Shown here: in pieces, positions 32,913-42,819 of the stretch
Layout of the letters: each line of letters opens with the position of its first letter
Position numbering within the stretch: the stretch's first letter is position 1
Assembly: GCA_045538335.1 (NCBI GenBank)
Contig: JAZSRF010000082.1
Span: 1 to 57,525 of the forward strand
DNA from: Clostridia bacterium
Lineage (GTDB): Bacteria > Bacillota > Clostridia > TANB77 > CAG-465
Reading direction: 5' to 3'
Length of the DNA stretch: 57,525 nt
Translations under genes and position numbers: made by a program
Notes under the pieces: model-generated
Seen by the model: only the letters and a program-made list of their open reading frames with translations
The model's database searches: none
What the model was told of the DNA's origin: nothing

Positions 32913-34139
32913 ATGGAAACAACATTAATTATAATAATAGGTGTGCTTTTAGTTATTGTGTTTATACTAGCTATTGCAGTATCTAAGAAAGGTAAGAAAA
33001 TAGACTTAGAAGATATTAGAAAGGAACTTGCCTTCCAACTAAAAAACAACCGTGAGGAAATAACAAATAATATTGGAAGTAAAATTGTAGATAATACTAC
33101 AATACAACAAAATAGCATTGCATCACTTACAAATTTAAATGAAACAAAACTTGAAAATATACGTAAATCTGTCGAAGAAAAACTTTTAGCTATACAAAAA
33201 GATAATGGTGAAAAGTTAGAAAAAATGAGACTTACAGTAGATGAAAAATTACAATCTACATTAGAAAAAAGACTTAGCGAATCTTTTAAAATTGTAAGTA
33301 ACAACCTTGAATCTGTGCAAAAAGGCTTGGGTGAAATGCAAAGCTTAGCTAAAGGAGTTGGAGATTTAAAAAATGTATTTACAAATGTTAAAGCTCGTGG
33401 TTACTGGGGTGAAATACAACTTGGAAATATCCTAGAACAATTCTTAACACCTGAACAATATTTAACATCTGTAAAAACAAAGAAAAACTCAAATGACTTC
33501 GTGGAATTTGCAATTAAATTTCCAGGAAAAAACAATTTAGACTGCGTACTTCTTCCAGTGGATTCTAAGTTCCCTATAGAAGATTATTCAAGACTTGTTT
33601 CTGCTGAAGAAAGTGGAGATGTATCATCTATTAATGAATGTAGAAAAGCATTAGAAAACCAAATTAAAAAATGTGCAAAAGATATTTCAGATAAATACCT
33701 TGATCCACCATATACAACAGACTTTGGTATAATGTTTTTACCTACTGAAAGTCTTTACTCTGAAGTTTTAAGAAATACTACTTTATGCGAAACATTAAAC
33801 CAAAAATATAGAGTTGTAGTTGCTGGACCATCAACATTTATAGCTTTACTTAACAGTTTGCAAATGGGATTTAGAACACTTGCTATAGAAAAACGTTCAA
33901 GTGAAGTTTGGGAACTATTAGGAGTTGTAAAAACAGAATTTAGCAAGTTTGGTGACTTATTAGATAAAACAAATAAAAAACTTATTGAAATATCTAATAC
34001 AATGTCTGTTGCGACACGTAAAACTCGTACTATTGAAAGAAAACTAAAAAATGTAGAAGCTCTTCCAATAAGTGATGAAAATGAATTTTATGGTTTAGCA
34101 TTAGATTCAGCTATAGATTCTACAGATGCTGAAGAATAG
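32913..34139 (+). CDS. rmuC: DNA recombination protein RmuC
   Basis: N-terminal TM, long coiled coil, C-terminal RmuC nuclease-like block (RGYWGEIQL, DSKFP, MFLPTESLY). Start at METTL. Confidence 0.88.
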   Translation: METTLIIIIGVLLVIVFILAIAVSKKGKKIDLEDIRKELAFQLKNNREEITNNIGSKIVDNTTIQQNSIASLTNLNETKLENIRKSVEEKLLAIQKDNGEKLEKMRLTVDEKLQSTLEKRLSESFKIVSNNLESVQKGLGEMQSLAKGVGDLKNVFTNVKARGYWGEIQLGNILEQFLTPEQYLTSVKTKKNSNDFVEFAIKFPGKNNLDCVLLPVDSKFPIEDYSRLVSAEESGDVSSINECRKALENQIKKCAKDISDKYLDPPYTTDFGIMFLPTESLYSEVLRNTTLCETLNQKYRVVVAGPSTFIALLNSLQMGFRTLAIEKRSSEVWELLGVVKTEFSKFGDLLDKTNKKLIEISNTMSVATRKTRTIERKLKNVEALPISDENEFYGLALDSAIDSTDAEE

Positions 34140-34149
34140 ATAAATTATA

Positions 34150-34175
34150 AATAGCACTTAGGTGCTATTTTTTTA
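34150..34175 (+). terminator. rmuC terminator
   Basis: ATAGCAC-TTAG-GTGCTAT followed by T7. Confidence 0.7.
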
Positions 34176-34208
34176 TGCACTTTTACACATAATACATTCG
34201 GTGATTAT

Positions 34209-35213
34209 ATGAAAGATAAATTATTCGATGCCGTATATTATGAAGAAAATATATTAAACTATTCCCTTGGAATAGAACTTATGGAAAAGTTTAAAGACCT
34301 TCCTAAATTTAAGATAGAAAACCACAATAACATTGAGGAAATGAGAAAAAAGGAAAACAAAGAATTCCCAAGGCTTAAAAGGAATTTAATCATTGGCATT
34401 AGGCGTACTCAAAAGTTTGTACCAAATTACAAAGTTTCTAACTATCTTGTTCCCTATACCTCATCAGGTTGTACAGCAATGTGTATGTATTGCTATCTTG
34501 TTTGTCACTTTAATAAATGTGCATATTTAAGACTATTTGTAAACAGAGAAGAAATGCTAAATAAAATTATTAAAACTGCTGAAAAATCTGATGAAGATTT
34601 AGTATTTGAGATAGGTTCAAATAGTGATCTTATATTAGAAAACACTATAACAGGCAATCTCAATTGGACTATAGAAAACTTTGCTAAATGTAAAAAGGGT
34701 TATCTTACCTTCCCTACTAAATTCCATATGGTAGATGACATTTTAAACACAAATGGAAAAGATAGAGTAATAATTAGAATGAGCTTAAATCCACATTATA
34801 TAATCTCACGTGTAGAACTTGGTACTTCTAATTTAAATCAGCGACTTGAAGCTGTTATTAAACTTCTACAAGCTGGCTATAAAGTTGGTATACTAATAGC
34901 ACCAATAATACTTTTAGACAATTACAAAGAATTATACGAAGAATTGTTTATTACAATTAAACAAACTATACCAGAAAATTTATTAAAAGATGTATTCTTT
35001 GAACTAATATTTATGACATATAGTTTTGTACATAACGCTATAAATACTGATGCCTTTCCTAAAGCAATTAAGATTTATGATAAAACTAAATTTACTTCCC
35101 GAGGAATGGGTAAATATACATATAAAAAAGAAATACGTGAAGCGGCTACTATATTTTTTAAAGAACTTTTAAACAAGTATTTCCCTAACAATAAGCTATG
35201 GTATATATCCTAG
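34209..35213 (+). CDS. splB: Spore photoproduct lyase (radical SAM)
   Basis: CTAMCMYCYL radical-SAM CxxxCxxC motif. Length and overall pattern fit SPL. Confidence 0.85.
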   Translation: MKDKLFDAVYYEENILNYSLGIELMEKFKDLPKFKIENHNNIEEMRKKENKEFPRLKRNLIIGIRRTQKFVPNYKVSNYLVPYTSSGCTAMCMYCYLVCHFNKCAYLRLFVNREEMLNKIIKTAEKSDEDLVFEIGSNSDLILENTITGNLNWTIENFAKCKKGYLTFPTKFHMVDDILNTNGKDRVIIRMSLNPHYIISRVELGTSNLNQRLEAVIKLLQAGYKVGILIAPIILLDNYKELYEELFITIKQTIPENLLKDVFFELIFMTYSFVHNAINTDAFPKAIKIYDKTKFTSRGMGKYTYKKEIREAATIFFKELLNKYFPNNKLWYIS

Positions 35214-35227
35214 CTTATACTACTTAG

Positions 35228-35256
35228 TTGCTATTTCACCATTTTTGTGTTATTAT
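35228..35256 (+). promoter_or_regulatory. Promoter for the tandem orphan pair
   Basis: TTGCTA-17 nt-TATTAT with TGt extended -10. Confidence 0.45.
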
Positions 35257-35315
35257 TATACAAGCGAATACTAAAAATAATTTTCAAATTTGGATATTAG
35301 GAAAGGATATATTAC

Positions 35316-35639
35316 ATGAACTATAAAGTTAATTCTAGCTATACAAGCTGTTGGTGCGATGATTTCTTTGCAATGTGCTTTATGCCTCCCGGAGGTGCTC
35401 GGCTATATTCACTTAGCAAAAGAAAACTTTTGAGATATTTTTCTGAGCTTAATACATTAAGTGTAACACACACCTTTATCTTAGATAATTTGTCTAAGAT
35501 AAATCAGATAAACTACTATATGGCAACAAACACTTTAGTTCTTAAAATGAATAAAGACAAAGATACGCTTGAAATTTCAGTACCATTACAAACATTTGAA
35601 GACATTCTCATAAACTCTACTATTAAGCAACTATATTAA
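35316..35639 (+). CDS. Hypothetical protein, 107 aa, paralog 1 of a tandem pair
   Basis: Shares K-K-[LM]-L-[RK]-YFSE, LDN, [MR]-[NL]-[KS]-[DR]-K-[DS] and P-x-Q-x-FE-[DN]-I with the next ORF. Confidence 0.5.
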   Translation: MNYKVNSSYTSCWCDDFFAMCFMPPGGARLYSLSKRKLLRYFSELNTLSVTHTFILDNLSKINQINYYMATNTLVLKMNKDKDTLEISVPLQTFEDILINSTIKQLY

Positions 35640-35652
35640 AAGGAGACCAACT

Positions 35653-35970
35653 ATGAACATTACAATTACTGACACTTTTAACTATGGTTTGAATGATCGC
35701 ATTTGGTACAAATGTTGGTATGAAGGTGAAAATTTGAAATCACAAACAGGTTATATCAGCAAAAAGAAAATGCTCAAATATTTTTCTGAAAAAGAAGAAC
35801 TTGATGAATTTCATTTGTTGCTGTTAGATAATATCATTAAAACATTTTGTTTTGTTTACTACACTGAAGCTGGTGAGTTTACAATGCGTCTGTCTCGTGA
35901 CAAAAGCATAGTTATCCACATTCCTCAAAAAGATTTTGAAAATATAGTTACAAATTGTACTGCAGACTAA
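35653..35970 (+). CDS. Hypothetical protein, 105 aa, paralog 2 of a tandem pair
   Basis: AAGGAG SD, 13-nt gap after paralog 1. Followed by a strong hairpin. Confidence 0.5.
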   Translation: MNITITDTFNYGLNDRIWYKCWYEGENLKSQTGYISKKKMLKYFSEKEELDEFHLLLLDNIIKTFCFVYYTEAGEFTMRLSRDKSIVIHIPQKDFENIVTNCTAD

Positions 35971-35981
35971 AATTTCAACTA

Positions 35982-36012
35982 ACTACCACAGTTAATTCTG
36001 TGGTAGTTTTTA
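35982..36012 (+). terminator. Bidirectional terminator between the orphan pair and clpC
   Basis: ACTACCACAG/CTGTGGTAGT 10-bp stem, then TTTT. Confidence 0.65.
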
Positions 36013-36032
36013 CTTTTCTTTTCTATTGTTAT

Positions 36033-38363
36033 TTAACTTTGTTTCCTTGTTATAACAACATCATTTTTTTCTTTTGAAAAAGACATTATTATATCATCTT
36101 TTATGTTTATTTTTTGTTCTATTATATAATCTGCAAATTTATCCTCTATTTTGCTTTGTATTGCCCTTTTAAGAGGTCTTGCTCCTTTTTTAGAGTCATA
36201 ACCCACCTTAGATATATAATCTATTAAATCGTCTTCAAACTTAATTTTAATACCTTGTGTTTTTGCTCTTTGCTCTACATCTTTTAAAAGTATTTTTGTT
36301 ATTTTCTTTACGCTTGGCTCGTCTAACTTATTAAATACAATTACATCATCAAGTCTATTTAAAAACTCCGGACTAAACTTTTTATTAACTTGTTCCATTA
36401 CTTCTTTTTTCATTTTTTCATATTGTTCTTGCTTGTTTTCCTCTTCTTTAATAAATCCTATACTTTTGTTTTCAACTATATTTCTTGCACCTAAGTTTGA
36501 AGTCATAATGCAAATAGTATTTTTAAAATCTACCATTCTACCCTGTGAGTCTGTTAAACGTCCATCATCTAATATTTGAAGTAGTATGTTATATACATCA
36601 GTATGTGCTTTTTCAATTTCATCAAAGAGAACAATACTATATGGATTACGTCTAACTTTTTCCGTAAGATAACCACCCTCTCCAAAGCCAACATAACCTG
36701 GAGGAGAGCCTATAAGTTTTGACGTACTATGGGATTCCATATATTCTGACATATCTACTCTAATTATTGCATTTTCATCATCAAAAAGTTCTTCTGCTAA
36801 AGCCTTTACTATACCAGTCTTCCCAACTCCTGTTGGTCCAGTTAGTAAAAATGATGCTATAGGTCTTTTGGGGTCTCTAAGTCCTACCCTACTTCGTTTT
36901 ATTGCTTTAGCAAGAAGTGTTATTGCTTCATCTTGCCCAACTATTTTCTTTTTTAGTTTATTTTCTAAATCTTTAAGCTTTAGCATTTCATCTTTTTGCA
37001 GCTTTTCTACAGGTATTTTTGTAATTTTTGCTACAACTTCTTCAACGTCTTTAGGATGTATCGTTATACGCTTCATACCGTTCTTTTCACTTAATATTTT
37101 ACTTTTTATTATCTCTATTTCATCAGCACTTTCTTGCAGGTTACTTTCAGAGTGTACATATTTCACCTTTGAACAAGCTTCATCAATTATATCTATTGCT
37201 TTATCTGGTAAATTTCTATCTAATATATATCTTTTAGATAATTTTACTGCTTGCTTTATAGCATCATCTGTTATTTTAACATTGTGGTATTTTTCATACT
37301 TGAACTTTATTCCTTTAATAATCTCTATTGCTTCTTTTTCCGTTGGTTCGTTCACATTTACTATTTGAAACCTTCTATCTAAAGCACTATCTTTTTCAAT
37401 ATACTTTGTATATTCCTCTTTAGTAGTAGCTCCAATAATTCTAATACCACCACGAGATAAATATGGCTTTAGTATATTTGCTGCATCAAGTGCTCCTTCT
37501 GCACTTCCAGCTCCTACTATAGTTCTCATCTCATCTATGAACAAAATTACATTACCAACTTTTTTGGTTTCAATTATACATTTCTTAAAACGTTCCTCAA
37601 AGTCTCCTCTATACTTTGCTCCTGCTATCATAGAAGAAATATCTAAAAGTAGTATCCTTTTATCCATTAATTCTTCTGGCACATTTCCTTTTTCTATCAT
37701 ATAAGCAAGGCCCTCTACTATAGCTGTTTTGCCCACTCCGGCTTCTCCAATAATTAAAGGATTATTTTTAGTCTTTCTAGTTAGTATTTGTATTATCCTA
37801 TTTAATTCATCTTCTCTTCCTATTATTCTATCTATCTTACCATTTTTAACTAGAGTATTTAAATCTTCTGAATACATATCTAGTGTAGGTGTTGTAACAG
37901 ATGTTGTATTATATATATTAGATATAGGGCTTTCTTTACTTACTATCTTTAATATATCTGTGAACATTTTTTCTGGGTCAACATTTGCATCTATTAGTAT
38001 TCTAACGCCTATGCTGTCTGTTTCTTTCATAAGAGACAGTAATATGTGTTCTGTTCCTATATAATTATATCCTAAACGTTTAGACTCTTTCATACTATTT
38101 TCTAGTACTCTTTTAGCTCTCGGTGTAAGTTCCGGTTCTTTTACTTTTTTAGGACTCATTTTCCCATCTATTTTTATAATCTGTTCTTTCACATATTCTG
38201 CATTTATCCCTTGTTTTAAAAGTATTCTTGCAGCTATTCCTTTTGATTCTAAACAAAGCCCATAAAGTAAATGCTCTGTTCCTATATAACTATAATAATT
38301 TTCTATTGCAAACTCTCTCGTATTTTCTAATGCTATCTCTGCTCTTTTTGTAAATTCATACAT
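36033..38363 (-). CDS. clpC: ATP-dependent Clp protease ATP-binding subunit ClpC-type (two AAA+ modules)
   Basis: Two Clp_N repeats, D1 (GEAGVGKT, LFIDEM), short middle domain, D2 (GPTGVGKT, VLFDEIEKAH), C-terminal D2-small domain. Confidence 0.92.
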   Translation of the reverse strand: MYEFTKRAEIALENTREFAIENYYSYIGTEHLLYGLCLESKGIAARILLKQGINAEYVKEQIIKIDGKMSPKKVKEPELTPRAKRVLENSMKESKRLGYNYIGTEHILLSLMKETDSIGVRILIDANVDPEKMFTDILKIVSKESPISNIYNTTSVTTPTLDMYSEDLNTLVKNGKIDRIIGREDELNRIIQILTRKTKNNPLIIGEAGVGKTAIVEGLAYMIEKGNVPEELMDKRILLLDISSMIAGAKYRGDFEERFKKCIIETKKVGNVILFIDEMRTIVGAGSAEGALDAANILKPYLSRGGIRIIGATTKEEYTKYIEKDSALDRRFQIVNVNEPTEKEAIEIIKGIKFKYEKYHNVKITDDAIKQAVKLSKRYILDRNLPDKAIDIIDEACSKVKYVHSESNLQESADEIEIIKSKILSEKNGMKRITIHPKDVEEVVAKITKIPVEKLQKDEMLKLKDLENKLKKKIVGQDEAITLLAKAIKRSRVGLRDPKRPIASFLLTGPTGVGKTGIVKALAEELFDDENAIIRVDMSEYMESHSTSKLIGSPPGYVGFGEGGYLTEKVRRNPYSIVLFDEIEKAHTDVYNILLQILDDGRLTDSQGRMVDFKNTICIMTSNLGARNIVENKSIGFIKEEENKQEQYEKMKKEVMEQVNKKFSPEFLNRLDDVIVFNKLDEPSVKKITKILLKDVEQRAKTQGIKIKFEDDLIDYISKVGYDSKKGARPLKRAIQSKIEDKFADYIIEQKINIKDDIIMSFSKEKNDVVITRKQS

Positions 38364-38452
38364 AAAAAATATACCTCCGCTAACTCTTAGCTTCGGTATA
38401 ATTATATTATATTAAAAATTTACATGATATACTTTCGACTATACACGTATTT

Positions 38453-38830
38453 TTATGACATTTGTTTCTTTTCTTTTTTTCTATTTCTTATTTGCTCTAT
38501 AAATATTCTACGTATAATACTAAAGTTTGTAAATAATCTTGTACTAAACACTATTACTGCTGCAAGGTATATGTCTACATTTAGCTTTTGTCCTAGATAT
38601 ACCAAGAATATTGCTATAATGGCATTCAAGAAAAATCCAGATATAAATATTACAAAATCAAATTTGTTTTGCATATTTGATGCAACTCCACCAAATATTG
38701 AATCTAAAAAGGCGAGTATTGCAACTGCAATATATTCAGTAAATGCATAAGGAATTTCTAAACTATATCCAAATAGGAAGCCCAATGCTATTACAACTAT
38801 TAATATAAATGCTACTATTATCTTTTTCAT
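38453..38830 (-). CDS. Small basic membrane protein (Sbp/DUF1290-like) of the dcw region
   Basis: 125 aa, 4 TM, basic tail. In the position following DUF881, as in Bacillus ylxW-ylxX. Confidence 0.65.
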   Translation of the reverse strand: MKKIIVAFILIVVIALGFLFGYSLEIPYAFTEYIAVAILAFLDSIFGGVASNMQNKFDFVIFISGFFLNAIIAIFLVYLGQKLNVDIYLAAVIVFSTRLFTNFSIIRRIFIEQIRNRKKEKKQMS

Positions 38831-38840
38831 TTACTACCTC

Positions 38841-39698
38841 CTATTTCACTTCTGACGCATATCTTAATTTGAGTGCCAAATCATATTTGTCTATTGTTAT
38901 GCTATTATCTGTTTCTATTTCAACTTCTATCCCATAAGATTTTAAGCTATCTACCACACCATTTCTAATATTCAATGCACTTTCTAAATATTTAGAATTA
39001 CCAATTGCTTTTATATAAAATGGTGATGCAACTTTTACGCTATTTACTTGTATTGTTGGGCCTACACATCTTATTGCCGTTGTTGCAATTACTCTTTGTC
39101 CATTAATACTTATAGCTTCTGCCCCAGCTGCTTTTAACTCTGTTACTATAGCCGTAAGGTCTGTATCATGAACAAGTCCAGCTTCAACAGACATCTCTGT
39201 ATCTGTACTATCTTTTAATGTAATAACTACTCCCTCACCTCTAACAGTTGCAAGACCTGCTAATACATTTGCTTTTTCAAGTTCAGACTGCATCGAAGCA
39301 ATAAGTGCGTCATTTGACGAACTACTTGTTTTATACTCCTCAACTATCTCTTGACTTTCTTCATATTGTTCTTTTAGGGTTTGATAGTCTTCTTTAACAT
39401 TTTGAAGTTCTCTTAGAATTTCAGCTTCTCTCATACCTTCAGATATTATATTTGTATTTCCAACTGTGTTAAGTTGAGCTGCAATTACAAATGAAAATAT
39501 AAACAAAGCAAGAGCTATCATAACAATAGCCGTTATATTATACTTTCTAATAACATCTACTGTTTTTTGTATGTGTTGTTTTTTAGACTTAGTATTATTT
39601 GTCTTTTCTACTTGTTTCTTTTTTGGTTCTGCTTTCTTATCTAATGGCTCTGTTTTTGTTATATCTATTGTTGGTTTCGTTTCTTTTTTTGCTGCCAT
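38841..39698 (-). CDS. DUF881-family division-associated protein (YlxW-like)
   Basis: N-terminal Lys-rich region, single TM, coiled coil, conserved C-terminal domain. Start at ATG 39698 with GGAG SD. Confidence 0.65.
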   Translation of the reverse strand: MAAKKETKPTIDITKTEPLDKKAEPKKKQVEKTNNTKSKKQHIQKTVDVIRKYNITAIVMIALALFIFSFVIAAQLNTVGNTNIISEGMREAEILRELQNVKEDYQTLKEQYEESQEIVEEYKTSSSSNDALIASMQSELEKANVLAGLATVRGEGVVITLKDSTDTEMSVEAGLVHDTDLTAIVTELKAAGAEAISINGQRVIATTAIRCVGPTIQVNSVKVASPFYIKAIGNSKYLESALNIRNGVVDSLKSYGIEVEIETDNSITIDKYDLALKLRYASEVK

Positions 39699-39710
39699 AA
39701 TGCTCACTCC

Positions 39711-40523
39711 TTATCTTATACTTTCTGTAAATACAGGATTTTCTTTAGTCATATCTATCGTTCCTGCTTTACCTTCAATTTGTTCCAATATACTTTTCAA
39801 AAAGTTCATATCATAATCTAAATCTTTATCATTAAATATAACATTTACATCGTGGTTTAATGTAAGTATTATATTCTTCTGTTTGAATTCTATATTTGTT
39901 ATTTCCTTTTCAATACCAGATTTTTCGTATACCTTATTTGTTTTTTCATAAAGTTCAAGTTTATTAAGTTCGGTATCTGCTATAGTTGTTTTAAGTTTTA
40001 CATTATCGTCAAATGAAATTCCAAATACTAAAAGTTCATTATCTTTTTTTAATTCACCTTGAGTTTCTTCTAATATTATACCCGTCTGTGTTAATCTAAA
40101 ATATGTATCTGTTTCGTGATTGTATGCAAAATATTTTGAATCATATTCCTCTACTGTTATTTTAATTGTATCTGGTCTTACTCTTTTTATACTAACATCT
40201 TCTATATATGGTAATGTATCTAAATTTGTCTCAATATACTTTTTTGAAACTTTGTAAAGATTTTCCCCTATTGGTATGTTTGCAGTGTCTGTTAATGTTT
40301 GTATGTCATAAATATTGTTATTTACAAACTCGACTTTAGCCACACTATACTTAGGGCTTGTACTAAAATAATACACACCATATCCTATTAAGAACAACAA
40401 AGAAAGCATAAACATTACAAGTACTATATATACAAGTACCCTTAATATTTTCTTCTTATGCTTTCCTTTAGTTTTCTTTTTTATTTTTTCTACTGGTTTT
40501 CTTTTAATATTATTTTCTTTCAC
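39711..40523 (-). CDS. ftsQ: Cell division protein FtsQ/DivIB (POTRA domain)
   Basis: Basic N-terminus, single TM, POTRA-like segment (KVEFVNNNIYD). Position after murG. Confidence 0.75.
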   Translation of the reverse strand: MKENNIKRKPVEKIKKKTKGKHKKKILRVLVYIVLVMFMLSLLFLIGYGVYYFSTSPKYSVAKVEFVNNNIYDIQTLTDTANIPIGENLYKVSKKYIETNLDTLPYIEDVSIKRVRPDTIKITVEEYDSKYFAYNHETDTYFRLTQTGIILEETQGELKKDNELLVFGISFDDNVKLKTTIADTELNKLELYEKTNKVYEKSGIEKEITNIEFKQKNIILTLNHDVNVIFNDKDLDYDMNFLKSILEQIEGKAGTIDMTKENPVFTESIR

Positions 40524-41623
40524 TTTACCACCGATTTTATCTCATTATATATCTCTTGTTCAACATTTGGTCTGTACAGCTTAGCTGCATTTTCACCCAT
40601 AGTCTTTAAAAGTTTTTCTTTAGATATCACTTCTTTTATTTTACCATATAAAATGTCTTCATTCAATATGTTTTCTTCGATTACTATTCCTGCACCCGCA
40701 TTTTCCATAGATTTTGCATTAAATAGTTGGTGATTTTCTGCAGCTGTTGGAAGTGGTATTAGTATAGCAGGTCTGCGGCATATACTTAATTCTGTTATAG
40801 TCATTGCCCCTGCTCTTGTAATAAGTAGGTCTGCTGCTTTATACATTTTATCCATATCATAAACAAATTTTTCTACTTTTAAATATTTGTCTATGTCTTT
40901 TTGATCTTTTAGACTTTCTACTACACTATCGTAATTAGTAGGTCCAACTGCTATAACAAAATATATATCTTCTGGTCTATATTTCTTTACCATATCTATT
41001 ACTGTTTTGTTAAACTTAATAGCTCCTTGGCTTCCACCAGTTATGAATACTATTTTTCTATCGTCTGAAATTATGTTTTTTCTACATTCATCTTTATCTA
41101 AGCTCATCATGTGGTCCATATCAAATTTAGCCGGTGTTCCTGTAAATATGGCATTTGTTCCGACTGGTAGTTTAGATTTAGCATCTTCAAACCCAAGCAA
41201 AACTTTTGCGGCATCTTTTGCCACCATTTTTACTGAAAGGCCAGGATATGCATTACTTTCGTGAAGTATATAAGGTATATGTTTTTTCTTAGCTGCCTTA
41301 CATACTGTTAAACATACAAATCCACCTGTTCCAATTATTACATCCGGCTTAAACTTAGATATTATTTTCATTGTATCAAATATACCAAGTCCAGCATTTA
41401 CTATGTTTTTTATATTTTGCAAAGTAAATGTTCTATGAAGTCTTCCAGCTCTTACATGTGCTAGATTATACCCCGCTTTTTTAACTAGGTCATTTTCCAT
41501 ACCTGTTTTTGTCCCAACAAATAAAATTTCGCTATTTTTTTCATTTTTCATTATTGTGTTAGCTATTGCTATTCCTGGGTTTATGTGTCCACCACTACCA
41601 GCACATGCAATTATGGCTCTCAT
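40520..41623 (-). CDS. murG: UDP-N-acetylglucosamine--N-acetylmuramyl-(pentapeptide) pyrophosphoryl-undecaprenol GlcNAc transferase
   Basis: ACAGSGGHINPGIA, TGGSQGA, RAGAMTITEL. Confidence 0.93.
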   Translation of the reverse strand: MRAIIACAGSGGHINPGIAIANTIMKNEKNSEILFVGTKTGMENDLVKKAGYNLAHVRAGRLHRTFTLQNIKNIVNAGLGIFDTMKIISKFKPDVIIGTGGFVCLTVCKAAKKKHIPYILHESNAYPGLSVKMVAKDAAKVLLGFEDAKSKLPVGTNAIFTGTPAKFDMDHMMSLDKDECRKNIISDDRKIVFITGGSQGAIKFNKTVIDMVKKYRPEDIYFVIAVGPTNYDSVVESLKDQKDIDKYLKVEKFVYDMDKMYKAADLLITRAGAMTITELSICRRPAILIPLPTAAENHQLFNAKSMENAGAGIVIEENILNEDILYGKIKEVISKEKLLKTMGENAAKLYRPNVEQEIYNEIKSVVK

Positions 41624-41636
41624 ACTTTTTTCACCT

Positions 41637-42767
41637 CTACTTCGAACCTTGTCTAGATATATTTAAAACTATTCCCATCGCTGCTAAATTAATAACAAGT
41701 GATGTTCCTCCCGAACTAAAGAACGGAAGTGGCATACCAGTTGTTGGTATTAGCTTAGTTACAACCGCTATGTTTATTACTATTTGGAATGCAAACATTC
41801 CAATAATTCCAGCTGCTATAAGCATACCATATAAGTCTTTAGATTTTAATGCTATTGTTATTCCTCTAATTATTAAAAAAGCAAAGAGTCCCACAACAAT
41901 TATAGAACCTACAAAACCAAATTCTTCTGCATATACAGCAAATACGAAGTCGTTTTGCGCTTCTGGAAGCCAAAGATATTTTTGTCTACTTTGACCTATA
42001 CCTCTACCAAATATTCCACCTGAACCTATAGCATACAGACTTTGCGTCGGCTGCCAGTTTCCACCTTGAATATCTGATTCTGGATCTAAGAATGATTTAA
42101 CCCTGTCTAGTCTATACTCTTCTGAAAACAAGAAAGCTGCAACTAACGCTATGGCTGTAAGTCCAACAATTATTATTGTTCTTGTTTTAACTTTAAACCC
42201 TGCAGATATTATAATAATTGCACATATTGCAAGCATTACTATAGCACCACTTAAGTGTGACTGAAAGTACATAAGTACGCATACTAGACCTGCCATACAT
42301 ATTGGTACAATATAACCCTTCCAAGTTTTCATTTTTTTCTGGTTTTTAACTATGTATGTTGACATTCCAATTATTAGAGACAATTTCATTATTTCTGAAG
42401 GTTGGAATGTAAATAAGCCTAAGTTTAGCCAACGCTGTGCACCTTTTGCAGATGAACCTATTCCTGGTATAAATACCATAAGCATCAAAGCTATTCCTAT
42501 AATATATATTAAATAACCATATTTTTTGTATTCTTTGTAGTCTATTTTTGATACTATTATCATAACTATAATTCCAGCAACCGCAAATATTAGCTGCCTT
42601 ACCAGATAGTATGAACTGTCTCCATATTCTGTTAGTGCATAATACGAACTTGCAGAAGAAAGCGCTACAAGTCCAATAGCAAGTAATATTATTAATGTAA
42701 ACAAGAATGTAAAATCCAATTGTTTATTTTTGCTATCTCTAGTTAAATTCTTAAAAAACTCTAGCAT
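41637..42767 (-). CDS. ftsW: SEDS-family peptidoglycan polymerase FtsW/SpoVE
   Basis: 10-TM SEDS pattern: QPSEIMKL, LPEAQNDFVFA, PLPFFSSGGTS. Confidence 0.9.
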   Translation of the reverse strand: MLEFFKNLTRDSKNKQLDFTFLFTLIILLAIGLVALSSASSYYALTEYGDSSYYLVRQLIFAVAGIIVMIIVSKIDYKEYKKYGYLIYIIGIALMLMVFIPGIGSSAKGAQRWLNLGLFTFQPSEIMKLSLIIGMSTYIVKNQKKMKTWKGYIVPICMAGLVCVLMYFQSHLSGAIVMLAICAIIIISAGFKVKTRTIIIVGLTAIALVAAFLFSEEYRLDRVKSFLDPESDIQGGNWQPTQSLYAIGSGGIFGRGIGQSRQKYLWLPEAQNDFVFAVYAEEFGFVGSIIVVGLFAFLIIRGITIALKSKDLYGMLIAAGIIGMFAFQIVINIAVVTKLIPTTGMPLPFFSSGGTSLVINLAAMGIVLNISRQGSK

Positions 42768-42819
42768 TTTCCTCCCCCTTATAATTTATATATTATTAAT
42801 TATATTTGTTTTTATATTA

